A DNA stretch of 64,000 nucleotides. Origin: an uncultured Candidatus Saccharibacteria bacterium. Its GTDB lineage: Bacteria > Patescibacteriota > WWE3 > 2-01-FULL-39-13. The stretch lies in contig CAZEDS010000003.1 in assembly GCA_964510925.1 (NCBI GenBank), positions 19,281 to 83,280 on the forward strand, written 5' to 3'. Both the position numbers and the translations under genes were made by a program. The notes under the pieces are model-generated. The model had not been told where the DNA came from. It did not search any database and was given only the letters and a program-made list of their open reading frames with translations. Shown in pieces: positions 21,601-30,902 of this stretch. Each line of letters opens with the position of its first letter. The first letter of the stretch is position 1.

Positions 21601-21723
21601 TTTACCTGTTCCTGGACCAGCTAAAACTAAAACTGGTCCATTGATTGTATCGACTGCAATTTTTTGTTCAGCGTTTAATTTTTTATAACTTTCAGAATAT
21701 TGAAGATTTAAATCGTTCGTCAT
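18673..21723 (-). CDS. UvrD/PcrA-like helicase fused to a PD-(D/E)XK nuclease (AdnAB/AddA-like)
   Basis: AGPGTGKT, VDEFQD, VGDDDQS, HRSKGLEF; C-terminal GKIDKI..DYKTG plus Cys in CPYKF and CENCDFKHHC. Confidence 0.93.
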   Translation of the reverse strand: MTNDLNLQYSESYKKLNAEQKIAVDTINGPVLVLAGPGTGKTQVLSMRIANILIQTDTSPDAILALTFTESGVRAMKERLVSIAGKAAYYVNIHTFHSFASDIIRENPDEFITSSQIEPLSDLERIYIFKEIFDELDLKIIKPFNAPYFYLQTAIDKIKDLKRESIDPDEYEKIIKDSELEEKDLDKNNELLKIYRIYLEKLKKYKRYDFEDMINFVIEKFKSSPDFLKRYQEKFQYFLVDEFQDTNSAQAELLYLLNSYGEWADNPNLFVVGDDDQSVYRFQGASIENIINFYDKFPKTQIIVLKTNYRSNQHIIDTAQSVIKNNKLRISEQIKIEKVQKSFDQNNSDQKIKTHHAKFSTYFLENYYIANQIHELLNNRVKPSEIAIIYRNNADAEEIKKVLTKFNIKYKIVGGENILKSGVIIRFLHLLKVIDKMSRADEDLELFTLLNYEFLHFDQLDVLKLSRFASSKKINLFEAILHADFSSINLPSEKKLKDFIEKIENWQKESANLTFIEFIEKVLNKSGFLDWVISQPENYLLISKINSFISEVKRLNSTEKNLTLSKFLHYIDLMYENKISINEESYDLQYEAVNLLTAHRSKGLEFEYVFVPQFIDKKWSNSVMRDLLKLPNNILETNSLLTPEQKKNHQEEDDRRLFFVVLTRAKKALYITSAKTYQSAKETLDSMFLQEISPELVSEVSAAEYEENSQEIMKDMLKNDYQEKILTHEERAFLKDALKDFKLSASSLNTYLDCPYKFKLQFLFKTPKAQTKALILGIAVHKTLEECYKLLKDNQVPTFEFMNGEFIKALNKEIINDKEKNEILAEGEMVLKVYYETYRDEFEQSKGKFYFLEKFFGYGWSKPMLNNIHLQGKIDKIEVLDPKEKTIKITDYKTGNPKSRNEIMGQTAFAKGDEYRQIMFYKLIIDLDAAFQYKVSEIALDFIGNRKSKPKREVFTFDSNEIDLFKKVVIEAHSNMMNLNFNRTKDYSTCENCDFKHHCWPDGIPSKMSNEQLSLI

Positions 21724-21762
21724 TAGTATTCTAAACTTAGCAGAACAATGACAAAAAAGAAA

Positions 21763-22425
21763 TCACGATTTAATTTGTCTTGTAGTTTTTTGTGATTTTC
21801 GCCAATCAGCAATTAGTTTGTGATTACCAGTCAACAAAACTTCTGGAACTTTTTTTCCCATAAAATCTGCAGGTCTCGTATATTGAGGATAATCTAATTC
21901 ATTTCTATTTTCAGGATTAGAAAAAGATTCATCAGTATTAAAGTCATAATTTTTAATTACATTTGGAACTAGTCTAGATATCGAATCAATTATTACCATT
22001 ACAGGAATCTCGCCTCCGCTTAAAACATAATCGCCAATAGAAATTTCTAGATCAACAAAATTATCGATTATACGTTGGTCAATACCTTCGTATCTTCCGC
22101 ATATAAATATTATGTGTTCATTTTTAGATAGATCTTCAGAGACTTGTTGTGAAAATTTTTGCCCTTTTGGTGAAGTAAAGATTACCTTAGAATCCTTTTG
22201 CTTTAATTCGCTAATTGCTAAATATAATGGCTCAGGCATCATGATCATGCCAGTTCCACCTCCATATGGTTTATCATCAACTTGCCTATGTTTGTCGTTA
22301 CTCCATCTTCTTAAGTCGTGTATGTTTATTTTTAAAATTCCTGATTTTACAGCTTGTCCGATGACACCATATTCAAAAATATTTTTAAACATATCCGGAA
22401 AAATCGTAATAATATCAAAAGTCAT
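21763..22425 (-). CDS. trmD: tRNA (guanine37-N1)-methyltransferase
   Basis: VDDKPYGGGTGM, CGRYEGIDQR, SIGDYVLSGGE, YPQYTRP. Confidence 0.98.
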   Translation of the reverse strand: MTFDIITIFPDMFKNIFEYGVIGQAVKSGILKINIHDLRRWSNDKHRQVDDKPYGGGTGMIMMPEPLYLAISELKQKDSKVIFTSPKGQKFSQQVSEDLSKNEHIIFICGRYEGIDQRIIDNFVDLEISIGDYVLSGGEIPVMVIIDSISRLVPNVIKNYDFNTDESFSNPENRNELDYPQYTRPADFMGKKVPEVLLTGNHKLIADWRKSQKTTRQIKS

Positions 22426-22449
22426 ATATGAATTGTAACAAGTGGAAAT

Positions 22450-22800
22450 AAAAAAATCAGGAATGAGCCTTAAGGGTTTGGCAGCCTATGGGGCTCATTC
22501 CTGACAACTGTGATAGAAGCATTTACTATAAAAACCCGAGCCAATCAGCTCCGGAACTCGTAGTAAATGCCGTTTTTTGAGCAAAAGTGCATTACTTAGG
22601 TCGACACAAAGTGTACCAATAAAATATATGAAAAGATAGTAAAAAAAAATGGCAGGGAAGCTTTTGTGATGTTCCCTGCCTGAGGTAACTGCGAGGACCT
22701 ACTTAAGAGGCTTAAATTTTCTTTTCTTACTCATACATAATAAAAGAATGCTCAAGTCTCCTAAATAGACCCTATAATTCAGCAATTGAATTAATTGAGC
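22450..22800 (-). ncRNA. One or two putative small structured RNAs
   Basis: Promoter TTGCAA-17-TAAAAT (22832-22804) and four hairpins, two followed by U-tracts; no ORF of note. Confidence 0.45.
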
Positions 22801-22836
22801 GGTATTTTAGTACTATTTAACACCAATTGCAATAAC

Positions 22837-22864
22837 AAAAAAGCCCTCTAAAAAAGAGGGCTTT
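22837..22864 (-). terminator. Intrinsic terminator of the SIMPL gene
   Basis: AAAGCCCTCT...AGAGGGCTTT hairpin with adjacent A-run on the plus strand. Confidence 0.8.
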
Positions 22865-22891
22865 AATTTTATTTAAGCTAAGCTCAAATTA

Positions 22892-23644
22892 TTATTGTAG
22901 TTCAAAAACTACAGATACTGTTTGGCCGACATTAGAAGTTCCTGGTTCAACATAACCACCACCACCACCGCCCATTCCTTTATCCATCATTCCATACATA
23001 GGCATGATGCCTCCATTTGAACCTTCGCCTACAGATATGATTTTTCCTAATTTTCGACCACTTGAAGCAGCTATGATTTCAGCTTTTGATCTAGCATCTT
23101 TTATTGCAGCATCCAAAAGTTTCTTTTGTGCTTCCATAGAGCTTGAAGAATCAACTGAAAAATTTGGTCCCCAAATATTTGTAGCTTTAGTTTTACCTAA
23201 AAGAACAGAAAGATCATTTACTTTATCCTTTGAATCAAAACGATAAATAATCTCAATTGTATTCGAAGCATTCCAATCAGTTGGTTTAGTTTTTTGTACA
23301 CCTTCTGAATCATAATAGGTTGAGGAGTTCTGGTAGATACTCGAGCTTGTCTTAATATCATCAGCACTTATACCAAAAGCTTTAACCTGCTTAATAATAT
23401 CTTCAGAATCAGATGACATCATGTCGAGTGCTTTTTGCTTTTCACTATTAGTTGCACTAACGATCACATTAAATGATGCAACTTCATTTGCGTTTTTGCC
23501 TTCGGCGTAACCAGCAACTGAAATTATATTTGCAGGCTGGTATTCAATTTTCCCCCAAGATACGTTTTTCCAAGGAAAAAAATAGACCAACCCAGCTAAT
23601 CCAACTAAAAAAACAATAGGTGAAAGAAGTAGAGAATATTTCAT
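22892..23644 (-). CDS. SIMPL (DUF541) domain protein
   Basis: ISVAGYAE, GISADDIKT, AAIKDARSKAEIIA...LGKIISV, VSVVFEL. Confidence 0.88.
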   Translation of the reverse strand: MKYSLLLSPIVFLVGLAGLVYFFPWKNVSWGKIEYQPANIISVAGYAEGKNANEVASFNVIVSATNSEKQKALDMMSSDSEDIIKQVKAFGISADDIKTSSSIYQNSSTYYDSEGVQKTKPTDWNASNTIEIIYRFDSKDKVNDLSVLLGKTKATNIWGPNFSVDSSSSMEAQKKLLDAAIKDARSKAEIIAASSGRKLGKIISVGEGSNGGIMPMYGMMDKGMGGGGGGYVEPGTSNVGQTVSVVFELQ

Positions 23645-23667
23645 ATGAATTTATGTTAGCACAAATT

Positions 23668-24228
23668 TTAATGGCAATCAGTGGCGCCCCAGTAACCGAC
23701 TTTGTTTTGCTGTGCATCCATTTGAGCACTTTTCAAAAGTCGTTCATATCGATTGCCTTTGTTATAGACAACGGCAAAAGCGTAGCCTTCTCTCACAAGT
23801 TTTTCATTTAGAATAGTGCCATCTTCAAGATAAACATATCTTAATAATCGTCCATATTTATCTTTATTCGAATCATTAGGATCACTTTCTAATCGAACAG
23901 AGGAATTTGCAATTAAACTTTGTAAATAAAATTTTGAATTGTATCCAAAGCATTCAGCAGTTTCATTTGAATGTTCGATTTCAGGAGCGTTTATACCAAT
24001 AAATCTGACAAGAACTGAACGCCCATCAATCGTTACACGAATTGTGTCTCCATCGATTATTCGCTCAACCTTATAAAAACGCTCGTCGTCTGTAGTACCT
24101 AAAACTTGATTTTGATGTGAATTGATTGGTTGCGATTGTAGCCAGATTACCTGATAAGCAAAGATGCCTGTAAAAATTACCCAAAAAGAAAATATCGCGT
24201 AATTGCGAAACTTAATGAGATTTTTCAT
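23668..24228 (-). CDS. Thermonuclease (SNase-like), membrane-anchored
   Basis: IIDGDTI, VRFIGINAPE, DKYGRLLRYV, LVREGYA. Confidence 0.93.
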   Translation of the reverse strand: MKNLIKFRNYAIFSFWVIFTGIFAYQVIWLQSQPINSHQNQVLGTTDDERFYKVERIIDGDTIRVTIDGRSVLVRFIGINAPEIEHSNETAECFGYNSKFYLQSLIANSSVRLESDPNDSNKDKYGRLLRYVYLEDGTILNEKLVREGYAFAVVYNKGNRYERLLKSAQMDAQQNKVGYWGATDCH

Positions 24229-24410
24229 CTATATCTATATTACAATAAATTTTTAATTTGCGATACAATTTTCACAATTTACCACTATCAATAGACAGAA
24301 TTCCATTTTATATTTATACTACTGTGTTATCGAATTTCTGTTTTGAAAAGTTTCTGTTTAGGCTCAAATTCAAAACACAATATTATTCATTTAAATAAAC
24401 AAAAAAATAT

Positions 24411-26255
24411 ATGGAAATAAGTACTATTCAACAAGATAAGAGTTTAGTGCCACACAAAGCTCACAGCAAACTAGGTGAGTTTTTTTCGACCGCAATTTGC
24501 GGAAACGACATTATGAGCTCTGTGCTCTATTTGTCAGGTTTTGCAGTCACATTTGCTGGGATTTTCGCCCCATTTGTATTATTAGCTATCGCCGGAGTCT
24601 TATATCTATATAAAAAGGTCTATACCGAAGTCGTTGAAGCTTTACCAGTTAATGGCGGTGCATACAACTGTTTATTAAATGGAACTTCAAAAAGTCTAGC
24701 GGCAATTGCCGGTATCATGACTTTTTTATCTTATATGGCAACTGCTGTTATTTCTGGAAAAGTTGGTATTCAGTATCTATTAGGAGCAATTGAAATTCTA
24801 AACCCAAATATCTTTGAAACATTCGTGCTATCAAGAGAAGTTACGATAATGGCGTTAACAATTGGATTACTACTAATATTTGCAGGACTAGTAATCTCAG
24901 GGTTAAAAGATTCTGCCAAAGTTGCAGCTGCAATTTTTATTTTGCACTTAAGCGTTTTAACGATTTTTACATTATTAAGTGTTTACTATATATCAACACA
25001 TCAATTTAACTTCTTTTTTACAGATATATATGCAAAAACCTCAGCTCTAACAATAGGAGAAGGCAGCATAATTTTTGCAAATGGAAAATGGCTCGACGCA
25101 TTGCTTTTAGCATTCGCAACTTCAATGTTAGGTATCACTGGATTTGAAAGCTCAGCAAACTTTGTTGAAGAACAGAAAAAAGGTGTTTTTAGAAAAACAC
25201 TCAGAAACATGTTCCTATGCGTCATGATTTTTAATCCATTAATCTGTTACGGATTATTAAATGTTCTTAATTATGAAGTTTTTAGTGATCCAGAAAAAAG
25301 AGACTTTTTGATGTTATTAGGTGCTCAAGTTGTTGGAGGAAATTTCTTTGCATTCGTTATGGGAATTGATGGATTTTTAGTTTTGGCAGGTGCAGTTTTG
25401 ACATCATATGTTGGAGTTAGCGGTTTGCTATCAAGAATTGCATCAGATAATTGTATTCCTTCCTTTTTAGATAAAACTAATAAAAATGGTGCATTCCCAT
25501 ATATTGTTTGGCTATTCTTCTTTATGTGCTCATCAATAATGATCATCACAAAAGGAAATCTTTATTCTTTAGCCGGTGTTTACACAATTTCATTCTTAGG
25601 AGTAATGAGCCTTTTTGCACTCGGAAACTTAATCTTAAAAGAGACTCGAAAAGACCTAAAACGAACATTCAGAGCCAATCGACTTGTTGTAATGCTCGCA
25701 TTATTGTCTACATTAATTGGTATTGCTGGAAATATTAAGGTTGAACACTCCAATTTAGGATTTTTCGCTTCATATTTTATACCAACAATCTCTTTATCTT
25801 TTATCTATATTTATAGAGATTTAATCATCAAATTTTTTATAAGATCTTCAGAAGGTTTCCCTAAAATACAAAACTACCTTTTAAAGCACTTTGAATCAAT
25901 CACAAAAGGCGAATACATTGTATTTGTTAACTCAACTACAAGATTGGCAACTATTTTCGAATACATTAGAAAGAATGAAACAGGTCTAAATTTAATCATT
26001 ATTCACTGTTCAAAGCACGCACACTCAAAAGTTTTAGATGAAATTAGAGAATCTATACCTGTTTTACAAAAAGCCGGTGTCGGAACAGACTTTAATATTC
26101 ATTTTGTACACTTTAACGGTATCTTTAGCCCTGAAGTCATAGACCAAATTACAAAAGAATTCAAAATTCAAAGAAATAATGTATTTATGGGCTCAATCCA
26201 TGAAAGCCATAAATTCGATTACGAAGATTTAAATGGAGTTAGAATAATATTCTAA
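24411..26255 (+). CDS. APC-family amino acid permease
   Basis: AICGNDIMSS, NGGAYN, GITGFESSANFVEE, many TM segments. Confidence 0.88.
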   Translation: MEISTIQQDKSLVPHKAHSKLGEFFSTAICGNDIMSSVLYLSGFAVTFAGIFAPFVLLAIAGVLYLYKKVYTEVVEALPVNGGAYNCLLNGTSKSLAAIAGIMTFLSYMATAVISGKVGIQYLLGAIEILNPNIFETFVLSREVTIMALTIGLLLIFAGLVISGLKDSAKVAAAIFILHLSVLTIFTLLSVYYISTHQFNFFFTDIYAKTSALTIGEGSIIFANGKWLDALLLAFATSMLGITGFESSANFVEEQKKGVFRKTLRNMFLCVMIFNPLICYGLLNVLNYEVFSDPEKRDFLMLLGAQVVGGNFFAFVMGIDGFLVLAGAVLTSYVGVSGLLSRIASDNCIPSFLDKTNKNGAFPYIVWLFFFMCSSIMIITKGNLYSLAGVYTISFLGVMSLFALGNLILKETRKDLKRTFRANRLVVMLALLSTLIGIAGNIKVEHSNLGFFASYFIPTISLSFIYIYRDLIIKFFIRSSEGFPKIQNYLLKHFESITKGEYIVFVNSTTRLATIFEYIRKNETGLNLIIIHCSKHAHSKVLDEIRESIPVLQKAGVGTDFNIHFVHFNGIFSPEVIDQITKEFKIQRNNVFMGSIHESHKFDYEDLNGVRIIF

Positions 26256-26262
26256 TCTTTGG

Positions 26263-26580
26263 TCAACTTTTTGTTGAAGCAAACCAACTTTGCTTCAACA
26301 AAAAAGGCGATAGTACTAATAACCAAATTCCTACAAACCAATAAAAATTAGGGAATACACTAATATCAAAAAAACTTGCTAATGAATCTGGTTCAAAAAT
26401 TATTCCAAATTGTATTACAAAAATTGCAAAGGCATTAATCGGATTTATCAGGCCAGAAGAGCAAAAATCCATTAATTCTCCGGTTTTATGACAAGGTATA
26501 AAAAGTGAGAAAAAATATAGCGAAAAATTAATAAGAACTGAATACAAAATTTTCTTTTTATAAATAGAATTTAAATACAT
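26263..26580 (-). CDS. Small membrane protein
   Basis: Hydrophobic 105-aa ORF. Confidence 0.5.
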   Translation of the reverse strand: MYLNSIYKKKILYSVLINFSLYFFSLFIPCHKTGELMDFCSSGLINPINAFAIFVIQFGIIFEPDSLASFFDISVFPNFYWFVGIWLLVLSPFLLKQSWFASTKS

Positions 26581-26622
26581 AATTAAAGAAAATCTTACAC
26601 CAAATTTAATTATTGTATAAAG

Positions 26623-27489
26623 TTATATATTTCTTCGATGGATCGAAACATCCGCACAAGAGCCATTAAGCGTATAAGCGAAGATTCCTTTAGCTTCATG
26701 ATAAGCGTAATTCTCTAAGTGTTCAGGTTTAGACGAAACTCCAAAGCCCTTAATATCAAAACCTTTTTTATTAAGGTTGTTTGCAAACATTAATCGATAA
26801 ATTCTTGGTAAATGTAACCCGTGAGAAACAATACCTAATGTTCCACCTTGTAATTGAGACAATAATGGTGATGTTAAAAAATTTTCTTCTTTAACTTGAT
26901 CGCCGGTTCTTTGAATTTCAGGATTTCTGCAAACTACAAGTTTTGAAGGTGGAAAATTAAAACGACCCGATTTAGCAGCTTCTACTAAATCGTCACACTG
27001 TTCCGCATAGCCGTTATAAAAGATGGTAGGTCCACAATCCTCAAGAAACTCTGGGATTTCATCTGGTAAAATACTAAATTTTTTGAGACCAGATTTTGCA
27101 TATGCAATTGAAAGAGCAAGGTGATATGCCTTAATCAACCTATTAGCATTGCCCCATTCATTATGAGGATGTCGATAGTAGCTAGGCTCTGAGTCCAGAA
27201 AAGGCTCTTTTGTATTACCGCTTCCAGAAAGTACCCAAAGCACAGGCATCTTTTGAGCTAATTCAGTAGAAATTTCTGCAGGTTGAAATGGATTAGTAGC
27301 CTCTTCTTGGCAAACTTCCATATCATACAATGCGTCTTCAACAATTCTTTTATGGTTAGCAGAAATCTTTGGATCCGTGGTTACCATTTCTGGATGATCT
27401 TTGTATGAATCCTGCAAAATTCTTTCTACAAGATCGGGATTTAATAATTTTTCTTCTTCAAACTGTTCAACTCTATACATTAGGGACAA
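26623..27489 (-). CDS. Hypothetical protein, possibly YdcF/SanA/ElyC (DUF218)-like
   Basis: VLWVLSG near the N-terminus and GIVSHGLHLPRI resemble the VTSxxHxxR motif. Confidence 0.5.
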   Translation of the reverse strand: MSLMYRVEQFEEEKLLNPDLVERILQDSYKDHPEMVTTDPKISANHKRIVEDALYDMEVCQEEATNPFQPAEISTELAQKMPVLWVLSGSGNTKEPFLDSEPSYYRHPHNEWGNANRLIKAYHLALSIAYAKSGLKKFSILPDEIPEFLEDCGPTIFYNGYAEQCDDLVEAAKSGRFNFPPSKLVVCRNPEIQRTGDQVKEENFLTSPLLSQLQGGTLGIVSHGLHLPRIYRLMFANNLNKKGFDIKGFGVSSKPEHLENYAYHEAKGIFAYTLNGSCADVSIHRRNI

Positions 27490-27547
27490 ATTTTACGTTA
27501 AATTCGAAAATCTGCAAGATTGTATGTCTTTAATTGAAATTTAATAG

Positions 27548-27622
27548 TGGTGAGCGCCACAGGACTCGAACCTGTAACCTACTAGTTAAGAGCCAGTTGC
27601 TCTACCATTGAGCTAGGCGCCC
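27548..27622 (-). tRNA. tRNA-Lys(CTT)
   Basis: Reverse complement GGGCGCC...ACTGG-CT-CTT-AA-CTAGT...CACCA. Confidence 0.95.
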
Positions 27623-27632
27623 ACATTAATTT

Positions 27633-27709
27633 TGGTGCTCCCGAAAGGATTTGAACCTCCAACCTTTGGTTCCGAAGACCAACGCTCTATCCAGTTGAGC
27701 TACGAGAGC
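27633..27709 (-). tRNA. tRNA-Arg(TCG)
   Basis: Reverse complement GCTCTCG...TTGGT-CT-TCG-GA-ACCAA...GCACCA. Confidence 0.93.
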
Positions 27710-27778
27710 ATTTTATGCTGAAAACCGCAGTCGTTCTACACACCAAAAGTGTACCTCTAAATATGGTTTTTATAATAT

Positions 27779-27865
27779 CCAGAAAAAGCAAAGCCAATCA
27801 AGGATTCTGGTGGCCACTTTGTGACACCCCAAATGCTAACTCGCTGTGCTCCTAAGTATTTGGTG
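27779..27865 (-). repeat. tRNA-Leu-anchored hairpin array, locus 1
   Basis: Unit 27865-27813 matches 36975-37027 at 47/53 nt; a second degenerate CCAGAA...TTCTGG unit follows. Confidence 0.8.
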
Positions 27866-27946
27866 CCGCGAGAGAGAATCGAACTCTCACTCCATTGCTG
27901 GAACCAGATTTTAAGTCTGACGTGTCTACCGTTCCACCACCGCGGC
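27861..27946 (-). tRNA. tRNA-Leu(TAA)
   Basis: Reverse complement GCCGCGG...TCAGA-CT-TAA-AA-TCTGG, long variable arm, GGCACCA. Confidence 0.95.
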
Positions 27947-28007
27947 ATACTATTTGGCGATGAGGATATTTTAGCATCAAACAATCTATTGTTGTATAAT
28001 TTTTATT

Positions 28008-28202
28008 ATGGAACAAACAAGTGGAGGAAGAATCGTTGATCCGTTCGAAGCTGAGCAAGAACGTACAAAATGGATGAAACAAGGCGAATACGCTTTAGTC
28101 ATATTTTTACGTGGCATTGTTTTTGTTTTGACGGTTTTCCTTAAAATAATGTTAGAAGTCTTTAGGAACGTTCTTAGAACATTTAAGATACTTCCCAAAT
28201 AA
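28008..28202 (+). CDS. Small membrane protein
   Basis: 64 aa with a hydrophobic C-terminal half; TG-TATAAT upstream. Confidence 0.55.
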   Translation: MEQTSGGRIVDPFEAEQERTKWMKQGEYALVIFLRGIVFVLTVFLKIMLEVFRNVLRTFKILPK

Positions 28203-28340
28203 ATAAAAGTCGAGTACAATGAGCCCCTTGTTTATTTTATAGGGGGAAAGCAATGACTAGCTTATCAAAATCAGATACTCGTGCTTGGAGTGGATTCTAA
28301 CTTGCTATATAATTAGCAACGAAGGATAAAAACTTCATGT

Positions 28341-28418
28341 CGGGGTGTGGCACAGTTGGCTTAGCGCGCATCGTTTGGGACGATGAGGTCACAGGTTCAA
28401 GTCCTGTCACCCCGACCA
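28341..28418 (+). tRNA. tRNA-Pro(TGG)
   Basis: CGGGGTG...CATCG-TT-TGG-GA-CGATG...CACCCCGACCA. Confidence 0.95.
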
Positions 28419-28475
28419 CAAAAAAAATCATCAAATCTCATTGTTAATCGAACTTCATTGTTATATCTTTAATCA

Positions 28476-29207
28476 ATGAGCTTTTTAGATTCCTTTGAAC
28501 ACGCAGCAAACGGAGAAATTGATTTTTTAAAACATCAATTAGGACAATCTCATGAAAATTACAGATTAGAAGTAGTCCAAACCAACAAACTAGGTCCCGT
28601 AGTAGTTAGACAAGATAGTGAGGATCTTCAAGAATTATCAAAAAACCTATCTCCCAATTTACACCAATTACCTGAATATTTTTTAGATAAACTACAGGGC
28701 TCAGATGAAACTATTCGAGTCTTAGATATAAATTCTGGAATCGGATTACCAATGCTACATTTTGGCCAACAGCTTCAAGCACAAGGTTTGAACCCTAAAA
28801 TTATTGGATTTGAAGGTGACCTAGAAAAATCATTATTATCTCGACTTAATTGCCAACGAATCCCACATGAAATATTTCATGGAACTGTTGGCACAAAATT
28901 TGCAACGATTAAAACAGAAACACCTAATTACGATCTAACTACAATAAAAAAGGTTCACTTTGGAGATAAACCTATACATGTTTTAAATCTTGATCTGGCT
29001 ACAAATCCAGATTTTATTAATTGGCAGTCTGGTTGGCTAAAAAATATAGGTATCCTTTATATATCAACACCGTTACTACAAAAAAGTGATTCAATTTCAT
29101 TTGATGGACTTTTAAGTTTTTTTGGCTTTGTAAAAGATGATCACTATAGCGCTAAACAAAATCCAAATAAGTTATATGTAAATCGACTATTCCTAGAGAT
29201 GGAATAA
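28476..29207 (+). CDS. Hypothetical protein, divergent SAM-methyltransferase-like fold
   Basis: IRVLDINSGIG (motif I-like) followed by IIGFE. Confidence 0.5.
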   Translation: MSFLDSFEHAANGEIDFLKHQLGQSHENYRLEVVQTNKLGPVVVRQDSEDLQELSKNLSPNLHQLPEYFLDKLQGSDETIRVLDINSGIGLPMLHFGQQLQAQGLNPKIIGFEGDLEKSLLSRLNCQRIPHEIFHGTVGTKFATIKTETPNYDLTTIKKVHFGDKPIHVLNLDLATNPDFINWQSGWLKNIGILYISTPLLQKSDSISFDGLLSFFGFVKDDHYSAKQNPNKLYVNRLFLEME

Positions 29208-29246
29208 AGTTTTTACACCAACGATAATTACTGAGATAATAAAAAT

Positions 29247-30098
29247 ATGTACAAGCTAATTGATTCTGGAAACCTCAAAAAACTTGAAAAATTTGGTGAT
29301 CTTGTAATCTGCAGACCATCAACCTTTGCAGTTTGGGAAACAGATAGATTACTTCAAAATACTTGGAGCAATGCAGATATTACATTTGAGAGAAAAACAG
29401 ATAAAGAGGGAACATGGATCACAAAAGCCAACAAACAACTTGAACCATTCCAAATTAAATTTGATGATATTAAGTTCGAACTAAGATTCACATCTTTTGG
29501 GCATTTAGGATTATTTCCAGAACAAATTGTTGAATGGTTATGGATAAAAGATCAAATAAAAAGGATCAAAGCAGAAAATTCACAAAATAAAGTTCGAGTA
29601 TTGAATTTATTTGCTTATACTGGCGGCTCAACACTTGCATGCATTCAAGCTGAAGCAGATGAAGTCGTCCACGTTGACTCATCAAAAACAGTTGTTGAAT
29701 GGGCAAAGCACAATAGCAAACTTAATGGATACGATCAAAAAACAATCAGATATATAGTTGAAGATGCTAGCAAATTTGTAGAGCGTGAAATAAAACGTGG
29801 CTCAGTTTATGACGGAATCATTTTGGATCCTCCTACTTATGGACGAGGTGTCAAAAATGAAATATTCAAAATTGAATCTGATATTTTGCCATTACTAGAA
29901 AACTGTAAGAATTTATTAAAACCACACTTTTTTATAAACCTAACAGCTCATACACCTGGTTTCACTCAATACACATTATTTAATCAGCTTAAATCAATTT
30001 TAAAACAGGGTACAAATATTGAAGCTGGTGAAATGCTAATCAACAGCGAAAACAACAAACCAATGCCAAGTGGTTTCTATGCTAGGGCAACGAACTAA
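29247..30098 (+). CDS. Class I SAM methyltransferase (RlmI/RlmK-like)
   Basis: GHLGLFPEQ, VLNLFAYTGG, HVDSSK, IILDPPTY. Confidence 0.88.
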   Translation: MYKLIDSGNLKKLEKFGDLVICRPSTFAVWETDRLLQNTWSNADITFERKTDKEGTWITKANKQLEPFQIKFDDIKFELRFTSFGHLGLFPEQIVEWLWIKDQIKRIKAENSQNKVRVLNLFAYTGGSTLACIQAEADEVVHVDSSKTVVEWAKHNSKLNGYDQKTIRYIVEDASKFVEREIKRGSVYDGIILDPPTYGRGVKNEIFKIESDILPLLENCKNLLKPHFFINLTAHTPGFTQYTLFNQLKSILKQGTNIEAGEMLINSENNKPMPSGFYARATN

Positions 30099-30106
30099 TT
30101 CTGCTA

Positions 30107-30475
30107 TTACTTTAAAAAAGTTCCAACCAAAAATATTACAGATGCAGTAATAAACATAGGAACGATATATTCCTCAAAATTTAAAAAGTCCATTGAACCT
30201 TTATATAAGAATTTATAAATAATAAATTGGAATACAAAATTGAAAATCATCGAAACGGCCATCACAGAAAATACTGACAAAGATCTAGTGTCATTGACCT
30301 TAAAATAAGTGTAAAACAGCAAAAAATTTACCAAAAGGATTACTAAATAATCTATTGATAAAAATACAGGCTTTGTAAATTTATTTGTGAAATAAAAGAA
30401 TACAAAATTAGTAAAGAAAAAAGAAAGAAATGTATGCAAACCCACAACGAGTACTTCGCTTATCACTGAAAACAT
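30107..30475 (-). CDS. Membrane protein (about 4 TM)
   Basis: Hydrophobic 122-aa ORF. Confidence 0.6.
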   Translation of the reverse strand: MFSVISEVLVVGLHTFLSFFFTNFVFFYFTNKFTKPVFLSIDYLVILLVNFLLFYTYFKVNDTRSLSVFSVMAVSMIFNFVFQFIIYKFLYKGSMDFLNFEEYIVPMFITASVIFLVGTFLK

Positions 30476-30505
30476 ATTATTTAGTTTAACAAATTAATAG
30501 TTGCT

Positions 30506-30844
30506 TTAGTTTTTTTCTTTGGTCTTATCCTCTTTTGCATCATCAGAATGTTCATCATGACTATGACCGTGACCACAACCACAGCTATTATTTCCACATG
30601 CACATGTATGCTCGTCCATTTCTTCAAAATCTACATCATCAACAAGCGATACTACTTCTGGATTTTGGTCTTCATCATATACATAATCCAAATCAGAATC
30701 CTCGGTTAAAGTTTTATTGTGTGAACCATCACAAAGTCCAAATTCATTCTTTGAAAGTCCACAGGCACAAATGCTTATGGAACTACCATCATCAAGTTTA
30801 TAAACATGTGGTTTATGGGCGGTTCTTCTTACAAATCTTGGCAT
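30506..30844 (-). CDS. CDGSH iron-sulfur protein with His/Cys-rich tail
   Basis: ICACGLSK...LCDGSH; tail HTCACGNNSCGCGHGHSHDEH. Confidence 0.9.
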   Translation of the reverse strand: MPRFVRRTAHKPHVYKLDDGSSISICACGLSKNEFGLCDGSHNKTLTEDSDLDYVYDEDQNPEVVSLVDDVDFEEMDEHTCACGNNSCGCGHGHSHDEHSDDAKEDKTKEKN

Positions 30845-30902
30845 AAATATTTTTAAAATTAATTAATCATAGTTATTATAGGTGATTTTCCCGATTTAGA
30901 AA

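Noticed and set aside
27757-28219. Short ORFs overlapping tRNA-Leu(TAA); likewise 36808-36996 and 36933-37199
   Set aside because: Shadows of tRNA genes and repeat arrays; their peptide similarity (TPQ.LTR.APKYLV) simply reflects the DNA repeat.
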